Shown here one piece after another: positions 1 to 13,126 of a DNA stretch of 56,796 nt. The notes below the pieces were generated by a model. The model had not been told where the DNA came from. It ran no database searches and saw only the letters and a list, made by a program, of their open reading frames with translations. The stretch is taken from NCBI RefSeq assembly GCF_004010195.1, contig NC_057711.1, positions 77,784,925 through 77,841,720 on the forward strand, given 5' to 3'. Within the stretch, counting starts at the first letter, position 1, and each line of letters opens with the position of its first letter. This DNA is from Chiloscyllium plagiosum (taxonomy: Eukaryota). Position numbers and translations under genes: made by a program.

Positions 1-1241
1 GTACCACCCTCTGTGTGAAAAAGTTGCCCCTTAGGTCTCTTTTATATCTTACCCCTCTNNNNNNNNNNNNNNNNNNNNNNNNNNNNNNNNNNNNNNNNNN
101 NNNNNNNNNNNNNNNNNNNNNNNNNNNNNNNNNNNNNNNNNNNNNNNNNNNNNNNNNNNNNNNNNNNNNNNNNNNNNNNNNNNNNNNNNNNNNNNNNNNN
201 NNNNNNNNNNNNNNNNNNNNNNNNNNNNNNNNNNNNNNNNNNNNNNNNNNNNNNNNNNNNNNNNNNNNNNNNNNNNNNNNNNNNNNNNNNNNNNNNNNNN
301 NNNNNNNNNNNNNNNNNNNNNNNNNNNNNNNNNNNNNNNNNNNNNNNNNNNNNNNNNNNNNNNNNNNNNNNNNNNNNNNNNNNNNNNNNNNNNNNNNNNN
401 NNNNNNNNNNNNNNNNNNNNNNNNNNNNNNNNNNNNNNNNNNNNNNNNNNNNNNNNNNNNNNNNNNNNNNNNNNNNNNNNNNNNNNNNNNNNNNNNNNNN
501 NNNNNNNNNNNNNNNNNNNNNNNNNNNNNNNNNNNNNNNNNNNNNNNNNNNNNNNNNNNNNNNNNNNNNNNNNNNNNNNNNNNNNNNNNNNNNNNNNNNN
601 NNNNNNNNNNNNNNNNNNNNNNNNNNNNNNNNNNNNNNNNNNNNNNNNNNNNNNNNNNNNNNNNNNNNGATCTAAGCTTGCTAATCAGTCTCCCATGGGG
701 AACCTTGTCGAACGCCTTACTGAAGTCCATATAGATCACATCTACTGCTCTGCCCTCATCAATCTTCTTTGTTACTTTATCAAAAAACTCAATCAAGTTT
801 GTGAGACATGATTTCCCACGCACAAAGCCACGTTGACTATCCCTAATCAGTCCTTGCCTTTCCAAATACATGTACATCCTGTCTCTCAGGATTCCCTCCA
901 ACAACTTTTCCACCACCGAGGTTAGGCTCACTGGTCTATAGTTCCCTGGCTTATCCTTACCACCATTCTTAAACAGTGGCACCACGTTTGCCAACCTCCA
1001 GTCTTCCGGCACCTCACCTGTGACTATCGATAATACAAATATCTCAGCAAGAGGCCCAGCAATCACTTCTCTAGCTTCCCACAGAGTTCTTAAGTACACC
1101 TGATCAGGTCCTGGGGATTTATCCACTTTTAACTGTTTCAAGACATCCAGCACTTCCTCCTCTATAATCTGGACATTTTGCAAGATGTCACCATCTATTT
1201 CCCTACAGTCTATATCTTCCATAGCCTTTTCCACAGTAAAT
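1..1241 (-). mobile_element. CR1-type LINE ORF2 fragment (RT to 3' part), spanning an assembly gap
   Basis: Reverse strand of 690-750 encodes AVDVIYMDFSKAFDKVPHGR. Bases 1-58 closely match the CR1 3' region at ~18611-18670. Confidence 0.8.
59..668. other. Assembly gap (610 N)
   Basis: Run of N bases. Confidence 0.99.
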
Positions 1242-1265
1242 GTTATTACTAGACAAATAAAACAG

Positions 1266-2372
1266 TTGTATATGGATTTCAGTAAAGTGTTTGATAAGGT
1301 TCCCCATGGTAGGCTATTGCAGAAAATACAGAGACATGGGATTGAGGGTGATTTAGCCGTTTGGATCAGAAATTGGCTAGCTGGAAGAAGACAAGTGTGG
1401 TTGTTGATGGGAAATGGTCATCCTGGAGTTCAGTTGCTAGTGGTGTACTGCAAGGATCTGTTTTGGGGCCACTGCTGTTTGTCATTTTTATAAATTACCT
1501 AGATGAGGGTGTAGAAGGATGGGTTAATAAATTTGCGGATGACACGAAGACTGGTGGAGTTGTGGAGAGTGCCAAAGGATGTTTCAGATTACAGAAGGAC
1601 ATAGATAAGCTGCAGAGCTGGGCTGAGTGGTGGCAAATGGGGCTTAATGTGGAAAAGTGTGAAGTAATTCACATTGGGAGGGGTAAGAGGAATACAGAGT
1701 ACTGGGCTAATGGTAGGATTCTTGGTAATGTCGATGAGCAGAGAGATCTCTGTGTCCAGGTTGATAGGGTTGTGAAGAAGACAGATAGTGTGTTAGCTTT
1801 TATTGCTAGAGGGATTGCATTTCTGAGCCATGAGGTCATGCTACAACTGTACAAAACTCTGGTGTGGCCACTTGGAGTATTGCATGCAGTTCTGGCTGCC
1901 ACATTATAGGAAGGACGTGGAAGCTTTGGAAAGGGTGCAGAGGAGATTTATCAAGATGTTGCCTGGTATGGAGGGAAAGTTTTTTGAGGAAAGGCTGAGG
2001 GACTTGAGGCTGTTTTCATTAGAAGAAGGATGAGAGGTGACTTAATAGAGACATACAAGGTTATCAGAGGATTAGATAGGGTGGACAGTGAGAACCTTTT
2101 TCTTCGGATGGTGATGGCTAGCATGAGGCGGCATAGCTTAAAATTGAGGACAGATGTCAGAGGTAGGTTCTTTGCTCAGATTGTAGGGTTGTGGAATGCC
2201 CTGCCTGCAACAGTAGTAGACTTGCCAACTTTAAGGGCATTTAAATGGTCATTGGATAAACATGGATCTTAATGGAATAGTTTGGGTTAGATGGGCTTCA
2301 GATTGATTTCACAGGTCAACGGAACATCGAGGGCTTAAGGGCCTGTACTGTGCTGTTATGTTCTATGTTCTA
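1266..2372 (+). mobile_element. 5'-truncated CR1/HER1-type LINE, frameshifted RT plus 3' tail
   Basis: Motifs YMDFSKVFDKVPHGRL, SGVLQGSVLGPLLF and KFADDTK, then LERVQRRF across frames. Ends in a TATGTTC repeat tail. Confidence 0.9.
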
Positions 2373-2949
2373 AATCAGATACCAGATAGAAATTTGGCTT
2401 GATAGATCATATTTATAGTCATGTGATACTCTGGATCAGGTTTTAACAATCAAATAGATTTATTATGCATCATAAATGATTAAAATTGAATAATTCAAGC
2501 TTTTACACAACACAGTTTCCACACTGTAAGTAATCTAATCTATGAATGGAGTTTGAAAGACATGAAAATATGCATTATTCTTTCAGTCTTAATGCCAACC
2601 CTTTTACAGTACAAACAGATTAATTTCTTTCTATTGCATCCATAGGTTGGACAGAACGGTTGCTTGAATTCCTGATCTTAAGGGTCTGTTAGCCTCGAGT
2701 ATTCCAATAACTGCGCTTAGAGTTCTCTGCTTCATACAATAATTTCAGGGTTCTAAGCATACACTCCTGATCTAAGAGACTGAGAGTTTCTCGGATAGCA
2801 TGTTTAGAAAGGTGGTTACACCTCAGCTCAAGGAAATTGGTGATCACTCGGCCGACTAAGAGAATTAGCCAGGTAGGGCAAGTCACTGGGTTTGTAAGGG
2901 ATATCGGTGGCCAGCCTATTCCTTGAAATGGAAACCAATGTCAAGGAAG

Positions 2950-5900
2950 GGAAGAATCAGACTATACAGGAGGGAAGGAAGAAGAAAGCAGGAGTAATAG
3001 TGATAGGGGATTCATTAATTAGGGAACAGACAGGCATTTATGGATGGTATGTTGCCTTCTTGGTACCAGGGTCTTGGATATTGCTGAGTAGCTGCAGGGC
3101 ATTCTGCAGTGCGAGGGTGATAAGTCAGTGGTTGTGGTACAGATTGGTGCAAACATATAGGTATAATGAGGAATAAAGAATTTTGGGAGCTAGGCAGAAG
3201 GCTAAAGAGCAGAGCCACATAGGTTATAATCTCTGGATTACTCCAGATGCCATATGCTAGTGAGTATAGAAATAAAACAATAGGGAAAATGAATGCGTAA
3301 TTCAAGATGGAGTAGTTTAGATTTTCTGTTCACTGGGACCATTTCTTTTGGGTGGTCTACACTTGAAGCAGAATGGGACCAAACTCCTTGCAGGTGGGTT
3401 TGTTAGTGTTATTAGGAGGAATTTAACTAGTTTTGCAGGGGTGGAAGGGGAATGCGGTGTTAGTTTAATAAGGGCGCCACATACTCCAGTAAAGAAACCA
3501 ATGGCAGAGTGACTTCAGCTATGTTGAATTTCAAGGAAGTAAGGTGAGGTTAGATGGTATCTACTTTAATGCTACCAACCATATCGTCAAGGGCACGGAT
3601 TGACGGGTGGAATTGCGATATTGTTGCCATTACGGAGACATGGATGGAGAAGCCGTTCTGGCAATTCAACATTCCGGGGTACCGGATATGCAGGCAGGAC
3701 AGGAGTGGGTGTAAAAGAGGGATAGTCTTGCATGATTAGTTAAGAAGTCAGTCAAGGAAAGACAATATCATTGAAGGGGCTTCAGATGAAGCTTTGTGGG
3801 TAGAACTTAAGAGTAAAAAGGGGCCCTCACTACTGGGAGTGTATTATGGATCCCAAACAGTTAGTGGAAAATAGAGGAGGAGATATGTAGCCAAGCGGTT
3901 GAAATGTGTAAAATCCATATAAGGGTAATTATTTTTGGGGATAATTAATTGGGATTGTCATAGTGTAAAGGGTTTAAAGTGGGCAGATTTCTTGAAATGG
4001 ATTCAGGAGAGCTTTTTATATCAACATGTAGTAGATCCAAGAAAGGATGGTGCAATGCCGGACCTAATTCTAGGGAACAAAATTGGACAGGTATTCAAAG
4101 TGATAGTGGATGAGCACTTTTGTAATAGAGACACAACACTGTACATTTGAATTTTGTTATGGAAAAAGAAAAAGATAGTATACAAAAAAGGATTTTGGAT
4201 TGGTAGAAGGCAGATTTTATTAAAACAGGGTAGGATCTGGCCAAAAGTAGACTGGAATACTTCTGGGAAAATTTATAGCAAAACAATGGGGCTGTTCAAA
4301 ATAGAATTGGCAACTGTACAGGTCTAGCAGGCACAGAATATTTAGGACTGGGTAAGAAGGAAAAGATGATACATTTTAACAGGTGCAAAGGAATAATTAA
4401 GAGAGATGGGGGGATCTCAAGAAAGGAATTAGGAGAGCAAAAGGGGGCACAAAACATGCAGGCAGGAAAGATTGTGAAGAATCCCAAGATATTCTATGAG
4501 TGTATCAAAAGAAAAAAACTAACCGAGAGTACAGGGAAAGTATACGGCCATTAGGGACCAAAGGGGCAAACTGCATGGAGCCAGAGGACATTGGTAGAGT
4601 GTTAAACAAGTACTTCACTTCTGTCTTCACTTTAGAGAAGGGGGATCCAAGTTCAGAATTCAGGAAGGACTGAGGTATTTGAGCAGTCTGACGTAAGTGG
4701 TTAGAGATAGTGGAGGTTTTGGTGGTCTTAAAGTGGACAGATGTCCCAATCCAGATGAGTCATCCCAGACTGCTGTTGGAAATGAGGGAAGAAATGAGGG
4801 GTTCTTATCCAATTTTTAATTCCTCTCTGGCTAGAGGGGAGGTGCCAGAGGACTGGCGCATAGCTAATGTGATTCCAGTTTTCAAGAGGGTGGTAGAGAT
4901 AAACCAGGAAATAACAAATGAGTGAGTGTCCGATCAGTAATAGGGAACTACTGGAGAAGATTCTGAAGGAGAGAATTAATCATCACTTAGAGAGGTAAAG
5001 TTTTGATCAGGGATAATCAGCATGGCTTGGTTAAGGGGCGGTCAGACCTAACATTTGATTGAATTTATTGAGGATGTAAGCAGGAGTATCGATGAGGATA
5101 GTGCAGATGATGTAATTCATTGAAACCTTTGACAATATTGCATTTGGGAGACTGTTGAAGAAGGTAAAAGCACATGGGATCCAGGTGGATTTAAAGTTGG
5201 CTTGTAGGAGACATATCATGTGTTGCTAGAAAGCTGTCTGCATGACTGTAGGCTGGTGTCTAGGGATTAGTGCTGGGCTCCTTTAGTGTTCATGATATAG
5301 ATAAATGATATGAAAGAAAATGTGGAGGTGAAAATAAGTAAGTCTGTGATTGACATGAAGGTTGGATGGTTGGCTGTGGAAAAAGAAAGGCTCGGGTAAC
5401 AGGGGGAGAGAGAGATGGATTGGCCAGATGGAATTTAACCCAGGTAAATAACAAGTAATGCACTTTGCAAGAAGAAACAAGGCAAAAGTATACTCTATGA
5501 ATAGTAGGATGCTAGGATTCTTGGTGATCTTGGGGTGCTTATCCACAGATCCTGAAAGTGGCAGGTTAGGTCAGTATGGTAGTTAAGAAGAAATATGGGA
5601 TACTTGCCCTTTTCAGACATGGCATTAATTACGAGCAGAGAAGTTACATTGGGATTGCACAAAGCTTCGATTAGGCCAAGCTGGAGTACTGTGTGCAGTT
5701 CTAGTCCCTGCATTATAGGAAGACTGTGACTGCGTTGAAGGAGTGCAGAGGAGATTCACCGGAATGTTACCTGGGACAGAGCTGTTTAGCTATGAAGAAA
5801 GCATAAGCTCATGTTGTTTTATATGAAGCAAAGAAGGCTGTGAGGTGACTTGATTGAGGAGCATGGACAGTGGACAGAAAGCAGCTGTTCCCTTAGATGA

Positions 5901-6740
5901 AAGGTCAATAACAAGAGGGAATAATTACAAGATGGAAGGCAGGATATTTAGAGGGACTTTGAGGTAAAATGTTTTTAGTCAGAGGAAAGTGGGAATCTGG
6001 AATGCATTGCCGGGGTGGTAGTTGAGCTGAAAAATCTTCAAAATCTTGGAGAACAGAACTGGCTGAAAGGTAGAAGACAGAGGGTGGTGGTGGAGGGTTT
6101 TTCAGACTGGAGGCCTGTGACCAGTGGAGTGCCACAAGGATCGGTACTGGGTGTTCTACTTTTTGTCATTTACATAAATGATTTGGATGCGAGCATAAGA
6201 GGTACAGTTAGTAAGTTTGCAGATGACACCAAAATTGGAGGTGTAGTGGACAGCGAAGAGGGTTACCTCAGATTACAAGGGGATCTTGACCAGATGGGCC
6301 AATGGGCTGAGAAGTGGCAGATGGAGTTTAATTCAGATCAATGCGAACTGTTGCATTTTGGGAAAGTAAATCTTAGCAGGACTTGTACACTTAATGGTAA
6401 GGTCCTAGGGAGTGTTGCTGAACAAAGAGACCTTGGAGTGCAGGTTCATAGCTCCTTGAAAGTGGAGTCGCAGGTAGATAGGATAGTGAAGAAGGTGTTT
6501 GGTATGCTTTCCTTTATTGGTCAGAGTATTGAGTACAGAAGTTGGGAGGGATATCAGGTCGGCATGGACGGTTTGGACCAATGGGTCTGTTTCCAAGCTG
6601 TACACCTCTGTGACTCTTTGACTCTTAAGTTTTTGGATGAACATTTGAAATGTCATAACATTCAAGACTGTGTGGCAAGTGTTGGAAAGTGAGACTAGTG
6701 TCGATGTGGAATCGTCTTTTTGATGCACTTTCAATGAGCT
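2950..6740 (+). mobile_element. Old, degraded near-full-length CR1 LINE (ORF1 esterase, APE endonuclease, RT remnants)
   Basis: VIVIGDSLIR (GDSL/SGNH ORF1), CDIVAITETW (APE endonuclease) and GEVPEDWRIANVIPVFK, with many stops and frameshifts. Confidence 0.8.
6049..6626 (+). mobile_element. Younger CR1 RT fragment nested in the older CR1, with an internal deletion before its 3' UTR
   Basis: Open stretch NWLKGRRQRVVV..SGVPQGSVLG..KFADDTKIGG..IEYRSWE joined directly to the 3' UTR and GACTCT-repeat tail. Older CR1 sequence resumes after 6626. Confidence 0.85.
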
Positions 6741-8589
6741 GATTGTCCAAATACAAACAAATTCTTCTTAGCGCCCGAGCGCTTTCACTCTCTCACATCT
6801 CTGTTTGAAAAGAAAATGGCTTCGGAAATATTGACGCAGTAATCTTTGAACCCCTTTTTATATACAATCCAAAAACTGCATGCCACTCTTTCAAACTCCA
6901 GATACCAAAATGAGTATATTAACATATCAATGAATTACACATTGTGTGTAATAGTACAACAAGTATAGTTACTTGTTGAATGTGTGATTGTATTTTTGCA
7001 TTCAGTTTTGAAGTAATTTGGTACTTTGGATGTTCAATCCTGTGCTATGTGTCCTATCTCTGATTTTAAATCTTGCATGTAATATTGCTTTTCATGCCAT
7101 TCTTCTAATGTGTTTGATTATTCTTACTTTAAAACTTTTGAATTCTGCAGCTTGCAATACTTTATGTTCTTTGGCTTGAAGCTTTTAACTTCGATTCTGG
7201 AAAGCATACTGTTATATATCTGGTAATTTATTCTGAGAACTGGTCCTCATTCTTATGAGCAAAGTGGAGGTTTCCTGCCTTTCATGATCTAGTTCAAAAG
7301 CATGTCCATGTAATGACCTCAATTTTAAAAAAGATTCTTGCAACTGTGGCCGTAACACTTTTTTTCTGATGGGTCTGCATTTAAAATTATGGATTTCTAT
7401 TTCTTATCATGGCCTCAAGTCTCCTAACTCTTATTCTATAAGTGTCTACCTGCTTAATCTTTAAAATTATCCCTTATTTTGACTTAAATCTGCTTTGTGA
7501 CGATCCTTGTGCTGAAACCTTGGTTAAAAGTACTTCTCTGACTTTGGATTTCCCTACTGTATCCACATTTGATGATGGCAGTGCTCAGTGTAAGGTGTAG
7601 GTATTTCATTTTTACTTTCAGAATTCTTAACCTGTTTTGTTATGTCAGCAATTTCAAGATATTTTTCCCTTTCCTAACGGGAATTTTACAATTTTTTACT
7701 GTCATGGAGCTCAATTACGAACACCTCCTAGCACAACCTACAGTTCCTCATTTGTGATTAGCTAATCACGTGTGATTATTCAGAGTTCATGCTGTTTCTC
7801 CCCCTCTCTACTTCTCACCGAGCTTGCATTGAAAACTTTAGCCTATAATTCTGTTTCTCCCTTACTGCTCTTTTCAATCTCTCTTGCTGACTGCTTGTTT
7901 CTCCGTGCATTTGTAGCTGCTGACTTATTATATGTGAGTAGTTCTTAAAGAGCATGAAAGTCTTTAAAGCTGGAAATTTCTTCTCCTGTACATACTGGAA
8001 TTTTTTTCACTGTTGTAGTTCATGTTAATTAGCACTGATGCCCACTGCTGTTTACAGATTGGAGGATGCTGTCCCCGTTTCTCTGAAATGATTGGTTCGA
8101 ATGGTCTATTTAGTTTAGTGGTTGTGAAACACTTTTTTAAGACAACAGTCTCTTGTTAAGACTCACAAGTTGTTGTAGAACAATTACGAGGGAGTCTTAA
8201 CAAGATACTGTTGTCTTAAAAAGATGTACCTAATTGCTATCCTGCAAAGATCTATAGATTATATAAGCTAAATACATATAGTTTCTAAGACTGAGGAATG
8301 TAGGAGAAGTGCAGACCTTTCAGTCCTTCCAGCCATTTTGTATCATGACTAAATATATGTCTAAATGCCATATTCTCAGGCAAGAAATCTATCAGCTGTC
8401 TTGAGCTTATTTATTGATCATGCTTCCATAGTTCTTGCTCCAAATGAACATGGATTGCTTCAGTATCTGAGGAGTTGCAAGTGGATTTGAGCATTATCAT
8501 AGCAACTGATGGTGGTTAGGCCTAGGAAATTGACTTGGGCAACTCTTGTAGCAGTGTTCTGGGACTGAGATGATTTGACCTGGTTCTTC

Positions 8590-8787
8590 TGTGGTTTACT
8601 CAGTTGGCTAGATGGCTGCTTTGTGATGCAGAGTAACATCAATGATAAAGGTCACCGTAACAGGATCACCACCTCAACTTTGCCCCTTGCCCAAGATAGG
8701 GTGACCTTTGGGTTAAACTCACCACCAGTTTTCTTTCTCTAATGAGAGAGCAACTGTATGATCCTCTGGGTCTATGGTGACTTTACA
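8590..8787 (+). mobile_element. Degraded tRNA-derived SINE (probable)
   Basis: A-box-like TACTCAGTTGG start. The GGTTAAACTCACCACCAGTT core resembles a fragment at ~18948-18980. Confidence 0.45.
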
Positions 8788-8979
8788 CATACCTATTTGC
8801 ACTCACTTTAAGCAAATTTTCTGTTTCTTTGTAACAACCATTATCATTCCCTTTGCCATTGGTACCGTGAAATCATCTTTTCAGTTAATCTCTCCTGCAC
8901 TGTCACACTCTTTTTGTTACTTCTCCCCTTCCTTTCACTTACTTCAAATCTAATCTATTACTTTCTCCCTTTACCCCTT

Positions 8980-9076
8980 ATTTCTGAAGAAATGTCTTTC
9001 ATCTGGAAAATTTAATTATGCTTCTCTCCACGGATGCTGCCAGACCTGTGGAGTATTACAGCATTTTCTGTTTTTA
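8980..9076 (+). mobile_element. Old Penelope-like pLTR remnant with degenerate hammerhead core
   Basis: CTGAAGAA...GAAA followed by GATGCTGCCAGACCTG...CAGCATTTTCTG, similar to the pLTRs at 13.2, 38.9 and 54.5 kb. Confidence 0.6.
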
Positions 9077-9155
9077 ATTGATGACTACGAGTTTCGTACT
9101 AGTTAATGTGAAAGCTCTCATTATGTTAGCTTTGAGGAATCTTTTTTAAATATAG

Positions 9156-9357
9156 ATTTGAAGCAATGGTAAGCACACTGGAAGTGACAGGACTACCTCA
9201 GAACACAGACAAGCCACTGCTGCTTTCTTCAAGGAGTGCTTTGACAGAAAATGAAGATATTCTGCTCAGGATCATGTTTGAGACCAATCCATTGGATGAA
9301 AGAGCTGATCAGCGGCTGAAGGTGGAGTCATGTCCACTTGAAATTGTATATGATGCG
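9156..9357 (+). CDS. VPS13A: VPS13A coding exon (FEAMVSTLEVTGLPQ...PLEIVYDA)
   Basis: tatag| acceptor and GCG|gtgagt donor. 202 bp, phase 2 to 0. Peptide FETNPLDE..PLEIVYDA. Confidence 0.92.
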
Positions 9358-10284
9358 GTGAGTGAAATGCACATATGTTTAATGCATTTTAAACTTGTAA
9401 ATAAAAAGTCATTTAGGCTATTTTAACTAGGTTTTTTTCCAGTGTTTTGAAGAGGATACATTGAAAAATGCATAGAGGGAGGCCATTCAGTTTGGTGTGA
9501 CTGAATCAGCTGTTTGATCGCGCTGTCTACTCTGTCTGACTTCTCTGTTCTTTCTACAATGTCCCTTTTTGTATTTTAAATCTTTGAGAAATTATCCACT
9601 ACAATTTTCAAGTTTTACTATTAGATTCTGCTCTCCTTTTGTCAGTGCTTTCCAGATCATACTGACTGACCTATTTTAAAAAACAAGTTTGTATCCCATC
9701 CCTCTGGGCATCTTTATTATAAGACTGAAATTTGTGTTGACTAATTACTGATCTTTCTGTCACTTGAAATTGGAGCTTTATTTTCTATATCAAAATGCGA
9801 AATAGCTATGTTAGTAATGGTGGCGTAAAAGCTCATCTGCTTCATTCATGACCTTGACAGAACAACAACATCTGACTTTTCAGAGTCTGAGTTGTGACTT
9901 AAGGACAACAGCAATATTGTTAATTTTTAAATGCCCTCTGAAGTGACTTAGTTAAGCCACTTGTGTTCAACATGACAGTTCTTTGCCACCTTCTTACTTT
10001 TCTCTCCTCTGTACTTTTCAGGGTCCTACTGTTCATGTATTCCTTTGCACTTGAGCAGGCCAAACACTTGAGTGAATGAGTAAACAGTGAAAAGAGCATG
10101 CACAGTTAGTGATGTGGGGGATTGAGGTGAGTGAGTGAAGGAAGATGCCACATGCAATGATGAGAGCAGTAGAATATATAAGCGTCTATGGGAGGTAGAT
10201 GCAGTAGCAGAGGTGGAATGAGTGAGGTATTGGAATGAGTGAGAGGTGGAATGAGTGGAATGAGTGAGGGCTGAAGATGGTAAC

Positions 10285-10530
10285 ACTTAACCTGGTAGAA
10301 TGGAGAAGATCATTGGCTTTCAAGGAACAGAGAGTAGCGCAGGTAGAGACTGCACTGACCTGAGTGGCAATCTCTGACCTAGTTGATGTGGGCTTTTCTG
10401 ACTGTCATAGGGGAAGAGGATGGCACTCTCCCATCCTCTAGGGCCTCCAGGCCCCTGGGCAAAGTTGGGTGCCAACTTCTACTTGTCTCCCTTGTCCAGG
10501 ACAAATGTCAAAAACTGTGCAAGCCATGGT
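10285..10530 (-). mobile_element. Degenerate Myb/SANT-like gene remnant, probably from a Harbinger DNA transposon
   Basis: Reverse strand reads KLAPNFAQ..LEAL..AILFP..SEIATQVSAVS..KANDLLHSTR across frameshifts. It is followed by a donor-like sequence and a TCAC-rich low-complexity tract (10070-10280). Confidence 0.5.
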
Positions 10531-10723
10531 GCTTGACCAAGTACACAATGGCCTTTTAAAAGATGCTGCTGCAGTAAGGATAACCAAAAGCATCTCTTAC
10601 TTGAACCAGACTATATTTACGTATATTTGAGGTGCCTTGAGGGCCTGATAACTGAGGTCTTCCCGCTGAAGTTAGAAGTTGCAATGTGCCAGTCTGTAAC
10701 ACTCAATGCTGGGAGACACTCCT

Positions 10724-11370
10724 TTTAAAAAAAATTCAAAACTATATTCATAAATAACTATGTATGTATATAGTCATAAATGCACTTCAATTTGTACAGT
10801 AGCATATCAAGGAAACAAAAACATTAGAATTTTACTATCCAAACAAAAGACATCTGTTACAGATACAAGACTATCTTTACATGGATTTGTGGCACTGTGA
10901 GGGTCTGATAACTGAACAGACCCCCACTTAGCTTCAGCAGAAAGACCTCAGACAATGGTCTTTTCCCACTCTGCCTTGGCAGCAGCTGCCCCATGCTTTA
11001 GTGTCTCTCAGCATGTAGTCCTGGACCTTGGCATGTACCAGTCTGCAACATTCTATTCTGGAAGACCAACAAGTTTCGGGCAGACCAAAGAGCATCTTTC
11101 ACTGAGTTGATGGTCTTGGTGCAGTCTGTTGTTTGTCTTGGAGTACATCCTGGGGAACAGACTGTAGAGCACAGAGTCCTGCATGATGGAGCTGCTTGGG
11201 ACGAACTTCGGCAAAAACTAATGCATCTTTCTCCAGACTTGCTTTGCAAAGGTGAAGGAGAGTGACCGTCTCTACCTCCACCTCCACTTCAACCCGTATT
11301 GAGGGCAGAATGCAGTGGTGCAGACAAATTGGGCATACAAGAAGGATCTCACAAATAATGCCCTTCTCAC
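10724..11370 (-). mobile_element. Tx1/L1-clade LINE 3' fragment (C-terminal zinc-finger region and 3' UTR)
   Basis: Reverse strand ETVTLLHLC..TINSVKDALWSARNLLVFQ..KVQDYMLRDTKAWG..AAKAEWEKTIV, frameshifted. Confidence 0.7.
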
Positions 11371-12143
11371 CAATAGCTAAGCGGTGCCGGATATTTCCAT
11401 TGGCTGAAGTAGAAGAATCACCTAGCATTAAGGGTAATAGGTGCCGTAGGGCAAGGTACCACAACAATAATTTGGGTTTTGCATTATTATATGAGAAGCT
11501 TTGATAGATCTCACAGAGAGAAACCCTGCATGAAACTTGACAAAACTGACACTTAGGGCTGAATCTTTTCAGAAGTCAACTATGTCGATAAATTCCAGGA
11601 AGATCAAATGCAAATAAAGGGCGAAAACCGTTTTGAGCTCTCTGTGCAGGAATAGTTTGCTATGAGGCACCACCTGCTATAAAGAATTCTTTTGCATGTA
11701 GAAGCCTACCTTTTCGAAATACTTAGCTGACCGTTGTACTAGGTGAAGCCAAAGAGCTTGTCCTCTAACAGCAAAGCAAGTTTTAGTGTCAGTGTAGTTT
11801 CACATTTTCATTTTGTTGTTACTTTTTCCATCTCTGCAGCCACTGCTGCACCATGATGCATTTACCTGTTCCTCATTTGAGGACTTCACTGGCCTAGTCT
11901 TCAACAATGTTTTATCGGTGACGTGCAACTTGATCTGCAGCTCAATACTGGGGATGTATTGCTCATGATAAACACAGAAGAAATGCTCTCCATCCAAAAA
12001 TGGGCACACCCACAGTACTTCAGCAAATTTTTGAAGTGTTTCTTTTTGGGTCTTAGCAAAATGTTATCATTTTCCTATACATGAAGCTGTGTATTAAATT
12101 TAGACAACTTTATGCTACATTATTGATATATTCCCTTCAACAG

Positions 12144-12258
12144 AGAACTGTGAATGGGTTGGTTGACTTCTTTCGACCTCCAACAGATGTTCAGCTGGTA
12201 GAAATAACGTCAGCTACTATGATGAAGCTTGAAGAATTCCGCGACAAAACTGCAACTG
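12144..12258 (+). CDS. VPS13A: VPS13A coding exon (RTVNGLVDFFRPP...KTAT)
   Basis: caacag| acceptor and G|gtaaat donor. 115 bp, phase 0 to 1. Confidence 0.95.
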
Positions 12259-13126
12259 GTAAATATCAATATTGTATTTTTGCAATTGTTTTAAACAGGA
12301 AACTTTAAAAAAAATATAGCACATTCCTTTCATACTCTTGACTTCCATATGTTTTGGTGATACTCCAATAAATAAACTATTTTACTGTGATTATATGAAA
12401 TCATAAATTATTCAACAACTTGTTTATTGGAGTATCACCAATAATCGAGAGTTTGAAAGGAATGAGCTATCTTATTTTTGTTTTAACTTTTTTAATGGAC
12501 TTGGATAGGAATTATGAACATAATTTTGAAATTTACTGAAGACATGAAACGGTGGCATGTATTTAACAATAAGGAGGATGGAGACCAGTGAAATGGCAAC
12601 TGAAATTCATAATGCAAGTGTGACGCTTGCCTCTAGGTAACAGTGATCAGCATATGATAGAATTTAATGTATATTGAGGGAGAGAAGAGTGCATTCAAGC
12701 CTCGTGTTTTAAATTTTTAAGTGTGAGCAATTGAGAATGTGAAGGCAGAGCTGACTAAGGAAAACTGGACGATCCTGTGAACGTGGGCCAGTAGAGATGC
12801 AGTGGCAAACATTTAGTTGCTGTTTCAAAATACTCAAAGGATACATTCTAGTGAGGAAAACAAAAGACACAAGGGAATAACACTCCATCCCTGGCAAAAG
12901 GAATTAAAGAGAGTATCAGTTTCCAAGAAGAAGTGTACAGTCCTGCAAAGGTGAATGGAAGATTGGATTGATTATGAGGAACAGCAAAGAATTACTGAAG
13001 AATTAATAAGGAGGGAGAAATTAGAATATAACAAAAGGTTGCCAGAAATGTTAAATACATGTAAACATAATCTACAAATTTGAAATGAAAAGGAATGGAA
13101 ATTGAGCATTGGTCCTTTGGGAAAGT

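Noticed and set aside
15..734. 239-aa ORF
   Set aside because: Artefact of translating through the N gap. Its flanks are antisense CR1 sequence.
669..2372. Head-to-head CR1 pieces as a single twin-priming inversion
   Set aside because: Both pieces cover the same YMDFSK region and differ in sequence, so two independent insertions are more likely.
6015..6692. 225-aa RT-like ORF as a functional or domesticated gene
   Set aside because: Chimera of nested CR1 fragments. It lacks the RT N-terminal half and the endonuclease.
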